Positions 9,859 through 19,623 of a DNA stretch of 64,000 nucleotides are shown here, one piece after another. How positions within the stretch are numbered: position 1 is the first letter of the stretch; every line of letters begins with the position of its first letter. The notes under the pieces were generated by a model, which was given only the letters and a program-made list of their open reading frames with translations, did no database searches and was not told the DNA's origin. This stretch comes from Rickettsiella sp. (GTDB lineage Bacteria; Pseudomonadota; Gammaproteobacteria; Diplorickettsiales; Diplorickettsiaceae), in contig JBBIWD010000003.1 in NCBI GenBank assembly GCA_037439325.1, positions 106,270 through 170,269 of the forward strand, given 5' to 3'. The position numbers were made by a program, and so were the translations under genes.

Positions 9859-11340
9859 TTACTGATTTAATAACCGCCGCACTTCGGTGGCATCATCAAA
9901 GGGGTATTTGATACCTTTAATTAACTGATAGTCCTCATGCCCTTTACCCGCCACAACAACAACATCAGCCGGCTGAGCAATTGCCAAGGCATAGGCGATC
10001 GCACGTTGTCTATCCGGTTCAGAGTAAACAGATTTTTTACCTGTGAAACCTTGTTGAATAGCTTGTAAAATTTTTAATGGGTCTTCATAACGCGGATTAT
10101 CAGTGGTTAGTATGATGTGATCGGCTTCTCTTTCAGCAATTTCAGCCATTAATGGTCGTTTTCCTTGATCTCTATCCCCTCCACAGCCAAATAAACAATA
10201 CAGCTCTCCTCGGCAATGTGGGCGTAAAGCACGCAAAACTTGCTGCAAGGCATCCGGTGTGTGCGCATAATCTACGATAACTAATGGCTTTCCCGAAGCG
10301 TGAAAAGCTTGCATACGCCCTTTTACACCTTTTAATTTCGATATCACTTGTGAAATTTCTGCTAAAGAAAAATGTAAGCTTTTTAATAACGTCAATACCA
10401 ATAACAAATTACTTAAATTAAACTGTCCCATTAGAAATGGATTTTCGATAAACACTTCACCCCAAGGTGTATCGATTTCTGCCTGTAAACCTTGTTGATT
10501 AAACTCGAATTGTTTTACTGTCACGTGCGGAATATGTGACCATGCTGCTTGTGGCTTATGTAAAGAATAGGCATATATCGGTAGTTGTTCGGCAAGTTCA
10601 GTTAGCCATTGTTGGGCATACGGATCATCCGCATTTAATATCGCTTGCTGCAAACCTGGTAAATCAAAAAAAGAACGTTTCGCTTGTGCATAAGCCTGCA
10701 TACTTCCATGATAATCTAAATGATCATGCGTCAAATTAGTAAATGCAGCCACAGAAAATTCTGTTCCATTTAAACGCTGTTGTGCTAATCGATGTGAAGA
10801 TACTTCCATCACCACCGCTTGTGCTTGTTTATCACGGAAATCTGCCAGCAATTGCTGTAACTCAATGGCATCGGGTGTCGTTAATTGGCCTGGCTTTAAA
10901 TCGCCATAAAAACCATTACCTAATGTACCGATAACACCACAAGGTTTTTGTAATTGCTGTAAACTATCCGCTAAAAAATGTGTGCAAGAAGTTTTACCAT
11001 TCGTGCCGGTAATACCTACTACGGGCATATAACGACTCGGATACTCATAAAATCGGGCCGCAATCGGACCTAATTGTGCCATTAAATGATGAATAGGCAG
11101 TATAGGGATAGGTGTTGTAGTCAAATCAAAAGAATCTTTCCCATCTGGTTCAAACAAAATAGCCGCCGCCCCTTTATCTATCGCCTCCTGTATGAACTGA
11201 CGTCCATCACTACTCAATCCTGGATAAGCAAAGAATAAATCTCCAGCCTGCAGTTGACGACTATCTTGGGAAAGCCCTTTAATGATGGGATCTGTCGTTA
11301 CTGAAACATCAACACCCATTAATAATTGACTCAAATACAT
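9859..11340 (-). CDS. murE: UDP-MurNAc-dipeptide--DAP ligase
   Basis: GITGTNGKTS, TTPD, MEVSSH, DYAHTPDAL, DNPR (DAP specificity) and GKGHE motifs. Confidence 0.96.
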   Translation of the reverse strand: MYLSQLLMGVDVSVTTDPIIKGLSQDSRQLQAGDLFFAYPGLSSDGRQFIQEAIDKGAAAILFEPDGKDSFDLTTTPIPILPIHHLMAQLGPIAARFYEYPSRYMPVVGITGTNGKTSCTHFLADSLQQLQKPCGVIGTLGNGFYGDLKPGQLTTPDAIELQQLLADFRDKQAQAVVMEVSSHRLAQQRLNGTEFSVAAFTNLTHDHLDYHGSMQAYAQAKRSFFDLPGLQQAILNADDPYAQQWLTELAEQLPIYAYSLHKPQAAWSHIPHVTVKQFEFNQQGLQAEIDTPWGEVFIENPFLMGQFNLSNLLLVLTLLKSLHFSLAEISQVISKLKGVKGRMQAFHASGKPLVIVDYAHTPDALQQVLRALRPHCRGELYCLFGCGGDRDQGKRPLMAEIAEREADHIILTTDNPRYEDPLKILQAIQQGFTGKKSVYSEPDRQRAIAYALAIAQPADVVVVAGKGHEDYQLIKGIKYPFDDATEVRRLLNQ

Positions 11341-11367
11341 AAAAAATACTCACCCCCGACTAGAATC

Positions 11368-11420
11368 TATACTCACAATTGAGTGGCAGCTTAGGAAAAA
11401 ACTCAATTGCGAAGAGTATA
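11368..11420. repeat. Internally deleted family A element (hairpin)
   Basis: TATACTCACAATTGAG...CTCAATTGCGAAGAGTATA. Confidence 0.7.
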
Positions 11421-11460
11421 TTAAATCTTGCTTCAGCACTAAAAAACCTTTATTATAAAT

Positions 11461-11479
11461 AATAATGATTCTCATTTAA
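11461..11479. promoter_or_regulatory. Fur box-like site upstream of feoA
   Basis: AATAATGATTCTCATTTAA versus the consensus GATAATGATAATCATTATC, directly upstream of an Fe2+ uptake operon. Confidence 0.75.
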
Positions 11480-11486
11480 AATATTT

Positions 11487-11735
11487 ATGCTCACTGCAGC
11501 TATTCCACTTACACAACTGCGTCCAGGACAATCTGCTACAGTAGTAGGCTTCAGTTCTGATATTGCACCGCGCTGTCGCAAACTATTACAGCATTTAGGC
11601 ATTACTCGACAAATTGCCATTACCTTAATTCGATATGCTCCACTAGGAGATCCCTTACAATTACAAATATTAGGTAGCCAATTTAGTTTACGCGCTACTG
11701 AAGCCTGTCATATTTACGTGGAATATTCAAACTAA
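11487..11735 (+). CDS. feoA: Ferrous iron transport protein A
   Basis: LGIT...IRYAPLGDPL...FSLR pattern. Confidence 0.93.
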   Translation: MLTAAIPLTQLRPGQSATVVGFSSDIAPRCRKLLQHLGITRQIAITLIRYAPLGDPLQLQILGSQFSLRATEACHIYVEYSN

Positions 11736-11745
11736 ATACCAAACT

Positions 11746-14163
11746 ATGCAAAAAAATAAGATCATTGCAATCGCAGGTAACCCAAATTGTGGCAAAACCG
11801 TTATTTTTAACGCGCTTACAGGTAGTCGGCAAAAAGTCGGTAACTGGGCAGGTGTCACAGTTGAACAAAAAAGTGGTTATTTTAATGTCGGCGCACAAAC
11901 CTATGAAATCGTTGATCTACCAGGCACCTATTCCTTAAGTGTTGTTGCTAATAATTGTGCCATGGATGAATGCATTGCCTGTAGTTATCTCGTTAATAAT
12001 CGTCCTGAGCTTGTCATTAACGTATTAGATGCAAGCAATCTTGAACGCCAATTGTATTTGACCGCGCAACTCTTAGAGATGCAGATACCCGTTATTATCG
12101 CACTTAATATGATGGATATTGCAAAACGACGCAGTATTCACATCGATATCCAGCAAATGAGTCGCTTATTAAAATGTCCCATCATTCCCTTAACTGCAAT
12201 TCGTGGTATCGGAATTACTGAATTACGCCAAACCTTAGCAACCACTACCTCAACACATACGGCTCTCCCTTATTCTTTTGATCCCTTATTGCAAAACGCT
12301 GTACAAGCACTCACCGAAAAATTATCCCCAAAAACATACTCACAGCAATTGGATTTTGGTCAAGGCATTGCGAAAACGAAGCAATCGGAGTGTATTGGCA
12401 TACATGAGGCTTGCGAGTTAAGCGGTAACACAGACAAAGGTTCAAGTGCGAAGAGTATAGTACCGAGCAGTTGGTTAGCTTGTCGATTACTAGAAGATGA
12501 TGTCCTTGCTCGCAACTATGTCACCACAGACGAACTTAATTTTGCACAATCACTGATACAAATACTCAAAACACAATTAGGTGAAGAAATTGATTTGCTG
12601 ATAGCTGATGCACGTTATGCTTGGGTACAAGCTATCCTAAAGCAAAGCTTTGTTACCAACACCCCGGGTATAACCTTCACCTCGCGCATTGACCGTATTA
12701 TTTTAAATCGTTGGCTAGGCATTCCTATTTTCCTTTTAGTGATGTACACACTCTTTTTATTTGCCATTAATGTCGGAGGCGCTTTTCAAGATTTTTTTGA
12801 TATCGGTAGCACCGCTCTGTTCATACACGGCAGCATCAATGTACTAACACAATTGCATTTACCAGTTTGGTTAATTGCATTAATTGCCAATGGTTTAGGT
12901 AAAGGTATTAATACCACGATTAGCTTTATACCTGTCATCGGCGCGATGTTTTTGTTTTTATCCTTATTAGAAGACTCAGGTTACATGGCGCGAGCTGCCT
13001 TTGTGATCGATAAATTAATGGGGGCTATCGGTTTACCCGGAAAAGCCTTTGTTCCGTTAATTGTTGGTTTTGGTTGTAATGTGCCTACAGTAATGGCTAC
13101 ACGCACCTTAGCTTCACCACGGGATCGAATTTTAACCGTGATGATGGCGCCATTTATGTCGTGCGGCGCGCGCCTCACCGTCTATACCTTATTTGTCGCT
13201 GCTTTTTTTCCACAAGGCGGGGCACTCATTATCTTCGCGTTATACGGTATAGGTATCCTGACAGCAATCTTCACGGGTTTATTATTGCGTTCGACGACCT
13301 TAAAAGCAGAAACAACGCCGATGATCTTAGAATTACCGACCTATCATTGGCCACATTGGGGTACCATTTTTCGAAGTACCTGGCAACGTTTGAAATTATT
13401 TTTATTTAAAGCTGGTCGCTTTATTATTCCAATTTGTATGCTGATAGGATTTTTCAATACGATTAGCATCCATGGCAAACTGATCAGCGGTGAAGCCAAT
13501 CAACACTCTTTATTATCCAGTATTGGAAAAACCATCACGCCAATCTTTGCTCCCATGGGCATACAAAGTAATAATTGGCCAGCTACCGTCGGTTTAGCAA
13601 CCGGCTTATTAGCCAAAGAAGTGGTTGTCGGAACCTTAAATACATTATATTCACAAGTGGGGCAGCTCACTGAACAAGCAGACCCATCCATAATAGGTAA
13701 TGAATTAAAAACAGCGGTATTATCTATTCCTAAAAATCTACATGATCTAGGCAAAACCTTAAGCAATCCCATGGCACTTAAAGCACAAGCACCGGAAGTG
13801 ACGCAAGGCGTTTATGGTGTGATGTCACATTATTTTACTAGCAAGCTCGCAGCTTTTGCTTATTTATTATTTATATTATTGTACTTTCCTTGTATTTCGA
13901 CCATGGCGGTGATGCAACGCGAAATCGGCAGCGCTTGGGCTTATTTTTCTATGGTCTGGAGTACCGGAATTGCGTATGCCATCGCTACTTTATTTTATCA
14001 AACCGTCACATTTAGCCAACATCCTTTAGCAACGATTGTATGGTATCTCATCGTTGCTATAGCACTTTTTGCAACGCGTATTTTCTTAGGTTTTAAAACA
14101 ATCACTGTAACAGAATTATCTCTACCGCTCTCATCCAACAACCGAGGGAACTGTCATGATTAG
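11746..14163 (+). CDS. feoB: Ferrous iron transport protein B (contains in-frame palindromic insertion)
   Basis: G-domain GNPNCGKT, NWAGVTVE, DLPGTYS, NMMD; gate motifs GFGCNVP and PFMSCGAR. Confidence 0.97.
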   Translation: MQKNKIIAIAGNPNCGKTVIFNALTGSRQKVGNWAGVTVEQKSGYFNVGAQTYEIVDLPGTYSLSVVANNCAMDECIACSYLVNNRPELVINVLDASNLERQLYLTAQLLEMQIPVIIALNMMDIAKRRSIHIDIQQMSRLLKCPIIPLTAIRGIGITELRQTLATTTSTHTALPYSFDPLLQNAVQALTEKLSPKTYSQQLDFGQGIAKTKQSECIGIHEACELSGNTDKGSSAKSIVPSSWLACRLLEDDVLARNYVTTDELNFAQSLIQILKTQLGEEIDLLIADARYAWVQAILKQSFVTNTPGITFTSRIDRIILNRWLGIPIFLLVMYTLFLFAINVGGAFQDFFDIGSTALFIHGSINVLTQLHLPVWLIALIANGLGKGINTTISFIPVIGAMFLFLSLLEDSGYMARAAFVIDKLMGAIGLPGKAFVPLIVGFGCNVPTVMATRTLASPRDRILTVMMAPFMSCGARLTVYTLFVAAFFPQGGALIIFALYGIGILTAIFTGLLLRSTTLKAETTPMILELPTYHWPHWGTIFRSTWQRLKLFLFKAGRFIIPICMLIGFFNTISIHGKLISGEANQHSLLSSIGKTITPIFAPMGIQSNNWPATVGLATGLLAKEVVVGTLNTLYSQVGQLTEQADPSIIGNELKTAVLSIPKNLHDLGKTLSNPMALKAQAPEVTQGVYGVMSHYFTSKLAAFAYLLFILLYFPCISTMAVMQREIGSAWAYFSMVWSTGIAYAIATLFYQTVTFSQHPLATIVWYLIVAIALFATRIFLGFKTITVTELSLPLSSNNRGNCHD
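12335..12459. mobile_element. Family A palindromic element inserted in frame in feoB
   Basis: CATACTCACAGCAATTGG...TTCAAGTGCGAAGAGTATA, encoding YSQQLDFGQGIAKTKQSECIGIHEACELSGNTDKGSSAKSI. Homologous to the intergenic copy at 7134. Confidence 0.8.
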
Positions 14164-14401
14164 CTTACTCGCCTTAAAAAAATTTATTGCTGAAAAAAAG
14201 TTAGTTAATCTTTCACTTATTCAACAAACCTTTGGCACTAAGCAAGAAGAAACCTTAGCAATCTTAGAGTTGTTAATACACAAGGGATGTATAAAAAAAT
14301 GTTTTAAAACACCGAATTGCGCAACACCGTGTCTGAAGTGTGCACCCGAGTCTTTTGCTTTATATCAATGGGTAGAACAACCAAATTCCTCCAGCGCGTA
14401 A
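14156..14401 (+). CDS. feoC: FeoC-like winged-helix Fe-S protein
   Basis: Follows feoB; MISLLALKKFI wHTH-like start and C-terminal CxxPCxxC. Confidence 0.8.
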   Translation: MISLLALKKFIAEKKLVNLSLIQQTFGTKQEETLAILELLIHKGCIKKCFKTPNCATPCLKCAPESFALYQWVEQPNSSSA

Positions 14402-14429
14402 TTCAATGATTCATCTTGCTTCAAGAAAT

Positions 14430-15170
14430 TTATGAAGCCCTAAATTGACTTGACTGTAAATTGGAAGAATTAAGTTTCGCATTTTCAATCACCTGATTGA
14501 GTGCTGCGACTTTATACGAGCTATCTGTCTGGTTGAAAAAAAGAAAACTACCGTAGGTAACTTTATGGGCAAGTAAAGCAGTTCCTAGTGTCAAAACCGC
14601 TAGGATTAAATTCGCAATGATATAATTATAGTTACGGTGCTTTTCTAAGATAGGTTTATGTTTATTGATATTTTCTAGCGCTTTAATTTTATATTCGTCA
14701 GCATTGATTACTTTCTCTACAAAAAATTGCTTATTTAACTGATGTAAATCAGCATTAATCTCATTGATCGCCGAAGCGGCGGCTGAATAATTACGTTCAT
14801 ATAAGTTTTTAACTTTTTCTTTCAACAGATCCAATTGTATTTCAATTTTGGCATACGCTAAAATTTCAGGCTTAATAAGACCCTTGTAGGAAGGAAAAAT
14901 GCACAAATCCAAATTATTAATATGTTGCTGCAGTTTAAGCAATGCTTTTACTGCAACTAAAGCATCAACTGAGTCTAAGTTTTCAACCGAAGTAAAAAGA
15001 TTTCTAACGTCCCTTGTATTTTTCATCGCTTTTGATACACGAGTCATAAGCATAATAAAGCCCATCCCGTTTTCACTAAGAATAGCACATTGGAAAAGTG
15101 ACTGATGTTGGGTTTCAAACGCTGTTAATAATGATTCAAGCCATTCGTCAATATTTTTAGGATCATCCAT
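14430..15170 (-). CDS. Hypothetical effector-like protein with C-terminal hydrophobic hairpin
   Basis: Likely start 15170 (GAGGAG RBS); KHRNYNYIIANLILAVLTLG...FLFF tail. Confidence 0.7.
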   Translation of the reverse strand: MDDPKNIDEWLESLLTAFETQHQSLFQCAILSENGMGFIMLMTRVSKAMKNTRDVRNLFTSVENLDSVDALVAVKALLKLQQHINNLDLCIFPSYKGLIKPEILAYAKIEIQLDLLKEKVKNLYERNYSAAASAINEINADLHQLNKQFFVEKVINADEYKIKALENINKHKPILEKHRNYNYIIANLILAVLTLGTALLAHKVTYGSFLFFNQTDSSYKVAALNQVIENAKLNSSNLQSSQFRAS

Positions 15171-15264
15171 TTTCTCCTCGCTATCCCTATGCAAAAATAA
15201 TTATTCTAATAGTACATGCTACCTATTCCTATGTCTATTCTCAAATTTGTCAAAAATAGATAAA

Positions 15265-16257
15265 TCAAATACCAGGAACTATTTCTCGTAACAGCTCTTT
15301 TATTTTAGCTAATGGATTACTGGCCTGTAACACTTCACATAATTTTTGTCGCCAACGCCTGCCACCCGCTACGCCATAAAATAAACCAAATAAAGGTTGG
15401 ACTAAATGCGTCAAGTTTTCTCCTGAGATAAAAGCTTTCTCTAAATAAGGTAAATACTGTAAAACTATCGCCATACGACTGGGAACCCTCAATGACTTCT
15501 GCGGACTAAGAAGTTGATCTAACTCGGCAAATAAATACGGGTTATACCAAGCAGCGCGGCCTATCATGACACCATCTACCCGTTGTAAATGTTCCTGCGC
15601 TGCGCTTAAACAATCTATTCCGCCATTTAAAGCAATCTTTAAATGCGGAAAATCCCTCTTAATGTGATACACCCAATTATAATTTAATGGAGGAATTTCA
15701 CGGTTTTCCTTCGGGCTTAATCCTTGTAACCAAGCTTTTCGTGCATGAATAATAAACGTTTGACAGCCCGCCAAGCTCACTTGTTGGATAAATTCAGCTA
15801 GATAATCATAACTTTCACAATCATCGACACCAATTCGGGTTTTAACCGTAATGGGTAATTTAACTGCTGCACACATCTCTGCAATGCAATCGGCAACCCG
15901 CAATGGATCTTTAAGTAATACTGCACCGAAGCAACCTGACTGCACTCTATCACTCGGGCAGCCGACATTCAGATTAATCGCTGAATAACCATAAGGTTCG
16001 ACTATTTTGGCAGCTTGTGCGAGATCGGAAGCCATCCCACCGCCCAATTGTATCGCCAAAGCTTTTTCACTGGCATCAAAGCTTAATAAACGTTCCTGCT
16101 GCAGATTATTTAAAACAGCGCCTGTTGTCAGCATTTCGGTATAGAGCTGTGCTTTTTTGCAAATTAGCCGGAAAAAATAACGATAATGACGGGTGGTCCA
16201 ACCCATCATCGGTGCTATCATATATGAGCTAATCGACTGTTTCTGCGGGTTTAGCAT
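15265..16257 (-). CDS. dusA: tRNA-dihydrouridine(20/20a) synthase
   Basis: APMMGWT, QLGG, INLNVGCPSDRVQSG, HARKAWLQGLSPKENREIPPL. Confidence 0.94.
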   Translation of the reverse strand: MLNPQKQSISSYMIAPMMGWTTRHYRYFFRLICKKAQLYTEMLTTGAVLNNLQQERLLSFDASEKALAIQLGGGMASDLAQAAKIVEPYGYSAINLNVGCPSDRVQSGCFGAVLLKDPLRVADCIAEMCAAVKLPITVKTRIGVDDCESYDYLAEFIQQVSLAGCQTFIIHARKAWLQGLSPKENREIPPLNYNWVYHIKRDFPHLKIALNGGIDCLSAAQEHLQRVDGVMIGRAAWYNPYLFAELDQLLSPQKSLRVPSRMAIVLQYLPYLEKAFISGENLTHLVQPLFGLFYGVAGGRRWRQKLCEVLQASNPLAKIKELLREIVPGI

Positions 16258-16368
16258 GATTTATTACTGATAGGGGGGCTTCCATGCTGATTTTTTACTG
16301 GTATGATAGCGTCACTCGCTTTGTTATACAAAGCCTGTTTTACAAAAATAACAATTTGGAGTTCTCTC

Positions 16369-16671
16369 ATGAAATTGAAACAAACTCTCATCATCGGTTT
16401 TAGCAGTGCGATTTTAGCTATCCCAGCTATTGCAGCTGAAACAGCGACTGATCTTAATAGCTTACCCGCTGCTAATATTAACCAACCAGCCGCTGTAGTA
16501 ACACCTGCTAAAAAAGAAGCAGTTCATTATAGAAAAAGAGCTAAAAAAGTTTCTTTGGAAAAAGAAATAGCTCCTGAGCAAACCAAAGAAAATGCTAAAT
16601 TGGATGAGTTAAATAAACTTAATCCAGCAGCAGAAAAGGACCAAACTGAAAAAAACTCAATTAAGTCTTAA
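16369..16671 (+). CDS. Small exported hypothetical protein
   Basis: Likely start ATG 16369 (GGAG RBS); MKLKQTLIIGFSSAILAIPAIAA signal-peptide-like. Confidence 0.7.
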   Translation: MKLKQTLIIGFSSAILAIPAIAAETATDLNSLPAANINQPAAVVTPAKKEAVHYRKRAKKVSLEKEIAPEQTKENAKLDELNKLNPAAEKDQTEKNSIKS

Positions 16672-16699
16672 TTTACATAACTTAATTTCGTTAAAAAAT

Positions 16700-16728
16700 A
16701 AAAAGGCCGATCCCATCGGCCTTTTTTT
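16700..16728. terminator. Bidirectional intrinsic terminator
   Basis: AAAAAGGCCGAT-CCC-ATCGGCCTTTTTTT between convergent genes. Confidence 0.85.
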
Positions 16729-16748
16729 ATTATAAACCACGACATAGT

Positions 16749-18482
16749 TTATAAAACATCTAAACTCTCAACAATTAATTGCAAGGTTTTGCGGCCTTGA
16801 TAATAATTAACACCTAAACGATAACGAGCATTAATACGTTCGGCACGATGATTCGGCCAATGACTTAGATTGACATTAAATGCAATGGCATCAATTTGTT
16901 TGTTCCCTGCATCTTGATGCGCTAATGTCATCTTTAAATGTTTATCACCTACCAAACGTTGGGCAAGTAAACGAAAACCACCTTCAAAGAGCGGTTCCGG
17001 AAAATCTTGTCCCCAGGGGCCAGCATCATAGCGTAACAACTCGGCCAGTTCTAAAGCAAGCTCTTGCTGGGTTAATTCACCATCGGTATAACAAATAGCT
17101 TGTAAAATATCAGGTTGCAATTGTTGTTCGCATTCTTGTTGAAAAAGTTTAGTAAACTCTTCAAACGATTCTTTTTTCAAACTCAATCCTGCTGCCATCG
17201 CATGTCCGCCAAATTTATTAATCAAATGCGGATGACGCATTGCAAGGGTTTCTAACAGATCACGAATATGCAACCCGTCGATAGAACGCGCTGAACCTTT
17301 TAATTCGCCAGCTTGATGGCCCGCAGCAAAAATGATCGTTGGTCGATGCAAACGTTCGGTTAATCGTGAAGCCAATAAACCGATGATGCCTTGATGCCAT
17401 CGGCTATCGTATAAACAAATTCCCCTTCCTAAAGGCTTTCTTTCAATTAGTTTTTCTAAAATAACAAAGGCTTCTTGCTTCATGGTAGCTTCGATTGAAC
17501 GACGTTCTTCATTCAATTGGCTAAGCTGCAACGCAAGTTCATACGCACGATTTTGATCTGTTTCTAACAAACAAGAAATCCCTAAGGACATATCAGCCAA
17601 ACGACCCGCTGCATTTAAACGTGGTGCAATACTAAACGATAAATCACTAGCAACCAGATATTCTACTTCGCGTTTCGCTAGCTTAAGTAACGCATAAATC
17701 CCTGGCCGTGCTTTACCGGCTTTAATCCATTGCAAACCTTGAGTCACTAATAAACGATTATTTCGATCTAAGCTCACCAAATCAGCTATCGTTCCTAACG
17801 CCACCAAATCCAAAAACTGCAGCATAGTCGGCACAGCCAAGTTATTTTTTTCAAACCAATCTTGGCTACGCAAATAATGTCTGAGTGCCAACATCACATA
17901 AAAAATAACGCCCACACCGGCTAAATTCTTACTCGGAAATTGATCCCCATTTTGTTGAGGATTAACCACTGCATCTGCCACAGGTAAACTAGCGGCTTGC
18001 AAATGATGATCGGTAATGACTACTTCTAATCCCGCAGCTTTCGCGACGATGACGCCCTCATGGCTGGAGATACCATTATCAACCGTGACAATCACATCCG
18101 GCTGTTTTGTACGTAAGGCCAATTCAACTATCTCAGGGGTTAAACCATAACCATACTCAAAACGATTCGGCACTAAGAAATCCACGTGTTGTGCACCAAA
18201 ACTACGTAATGCACTCACTGCTAACGCGCTACTGGTTGCGCCATCACTATCAAAATCGCCGACAACCAGTAAACGCTGCTGCTGCATTACTGCCCTACCC
18301 AAACATTGTGATGCGGCTTCGATACCGATCAATGATTGATAATGCAATAACTGCTGCAAACGATAATCCAGCTCCTCAGCGGATTGAATCCCGCGTGCGG
18401 CATACACACGCTGTAAAACCGGATGCAAATGACTTAAGTTTTCGACTAAATTGAATTCGCGACGTAAAATAGTTTTATTCAC
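16749..18482 (-). CDS. recJ: Single-stranded DNA exonuclease RecJ
   Basis: GDFDSDG, PNRFEYGYG, TDHH (DHH family), APRLNAAGR, GGHAMAAG; GTG start overlapping the def stop. Confidence 0.96.
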   Translation of the reverse strand: MNKTILRREFNLVENLSHLHPVLQRVYAARGIQSAEELDYRLQQLLHYQSLIGIEAASQCLGRAVMQQQRLLVVGDFDSDGATSSALAVSALRSFGAQHVDFLVPNRFEYGYGLTPEIVELALRTKQPDVIVTVDNGISSHEGVIVAKAAGLEVVITDHHLQAASLPVADAVVNPQQNGDQFPSKNLAGVGVIFYVMLALRHYLRSQDWFEKNNLAVPTMLQFLDLVALGTIADLVSLDRNNRLLVTQGLQWIKAGKARPGIYALLKLAKREVEYLVASDLSFSIAPRLNAAGRLADMSLGISCLLETDQNRAYELALQLSQLNEERRSIEATMKQEAFVILEKLIERKPLGRGICLYDSRWHQGIIGLLASRLTERLHRPTIIFAAGHQAGELKGSARSIDGLHIRDLLETLAMRHPHLINKFGGHAMAAGLSLKKESFEEFTKLFQQECEQQLQPDILQAICYTDGELTQQELALELAELLRYDAGPWGQDFPEPLFEGGFRLLAQRLVGDKHLKMTLAHQDAGNKQIDAIAFNVNLSHWPNHRAERINARYRLGVNYYQGRKTLQLIVESLDVL

Positions 18483-19165
18483 AAAAAGTTATTCGCTTTT
18501 TTTTCAGTGACAATCATCGCTTTAATCATCTTTATCACATTTTCAACGGAATCATAACGACAATCTGGACGTAAACGATCAATATACAGCTCTGCATTTA
18601 GATGCCCGATTTCATGCTGGATCAATCGGGCTAAAAATCCACGTGCTACTGCGTTTACTGGCTTACCTTCTGGTGTGTACGCCGTATAATGGATTTCATT
18701 ATAACGATACACCTCACCCATTTTATCCGGCACGGAAAAACAGCCTTCCCAATCTTTACTTTCGCCTGCTGCTTCTACGGGTGTATATACTGGATTAATC
18801 AGCACCGTAGGTGGCACAACATCATAAACATCCTTACGCCTTGATTTTGCGACGTCGGGTATTTGAATAATAATAATTCGCAGTCCATAACCCACTTGTG
18901 GAGCCGCTAATCCTGCTGGACTTCCCAAAGGGCTCTTCAGCTCACGAAAAAAAATCTGTAAATCCTGGATAAATTGTTGTGTTACTGTATCGAGTGGAAA
19001 TTTAACGGTTTTAGCTGGTGTTCTTAATACACTATACTCTGGACTTTCTAGTGTGACCAATTGCAGAGACTGATGAGGTCGTTCCGATTCACTAGGTAAA
19101 TTTTTATTTAAGTTATTTGACATTATTTCAGCACTCGCCATGTTAGAAAATAAAGGGGAATCCAA
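18479..19165 (-). CDS. def: Peptide deformylase
   Basis: GLAAPQ, EGCFS and QHEIGHL motifs; start may be 19141 or 19123. Confidence 0.88.
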   Translation of the reverse strand: MDSPLFSNMASAEIMSNNLNKNLPSESERPHQSLQLVTLESPEYSVLRTPAKTVKFPLDTVTQQFIQDLQIFFRELKSPLGSPAGLAAPQVGYGLRIIIIQIPDVAKSRRKDVYDVVPPTVLINPVYTPVEAAGESKDWEGCFSVPDKMGEVYRYNEIHYTAYTPEGKPVNAVARGFLARLIQHEIGHLNAELYIDRLRPDCRYDSVENVIKMIKAMIVTEKKANNFL

Positions 19166-19244
19166 GACTACGCACGCAATAAGTATAAGTATTTTTCCAT
19201 GCGTGTATAATTTAACGCAAATATTTTTAACTTGATAGCCTGTT

Positions 19245-19622
19245 ATGGAATTAAATCTAGATACTGGTGAAGGTCGCTTTCAGATACGCGCTTACGGTAG
19301 TGATTTTATTCAAGTGAATGAACAAAAAATCCGACATAGTCTTATTGTCATGCCAGATCAGTTGATTGACCCTTGGCCACCGCGCTCTATTGCTGACTTA
19401 ACTGTCGAACATTTACAAATGATTATTGATCAACGCCCTAGCATTGTATTATTGGGTAGTGGCGAAAACTTAGCTTTTCCCGATCCCGCTTTATTAAATG
19501 TTTTTTATCAACAAAAAATAGGTATAGAAGTCATGAACAACGGCGCCGCCTGTCGAACCTACACAGTGTTAATGTCTGAAGGACGAAAAGTAGCTGCTGC
19601 TTTGTTAATCGAGGAATATTAA
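19245..19622 (+). CDS. Mth938-like domain protein
   Basis: IVLLGSG and IGIEVMNNGAACRTYTVLMSEGRKVAAAL. Confidence 0.88.
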   Translation: MELNLDTGEGRFQIRAYGSDFIQVNEQKIRHSLIVMPDQLIDPWPPRSIADLTVEHLQMIIDQRPSIVLLGSGENLAFPDPALLNVFYQQKIGIEVMNNGAACRTYTVLMSEGRKVAAALLIEEY

Positions 19623-19623
19623 T

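Noticed and set aside
4769-12459. CRISPR array
   Set aside because: The repeats are dispersed, variable in length and lack regular spacers; no cas genes are present.
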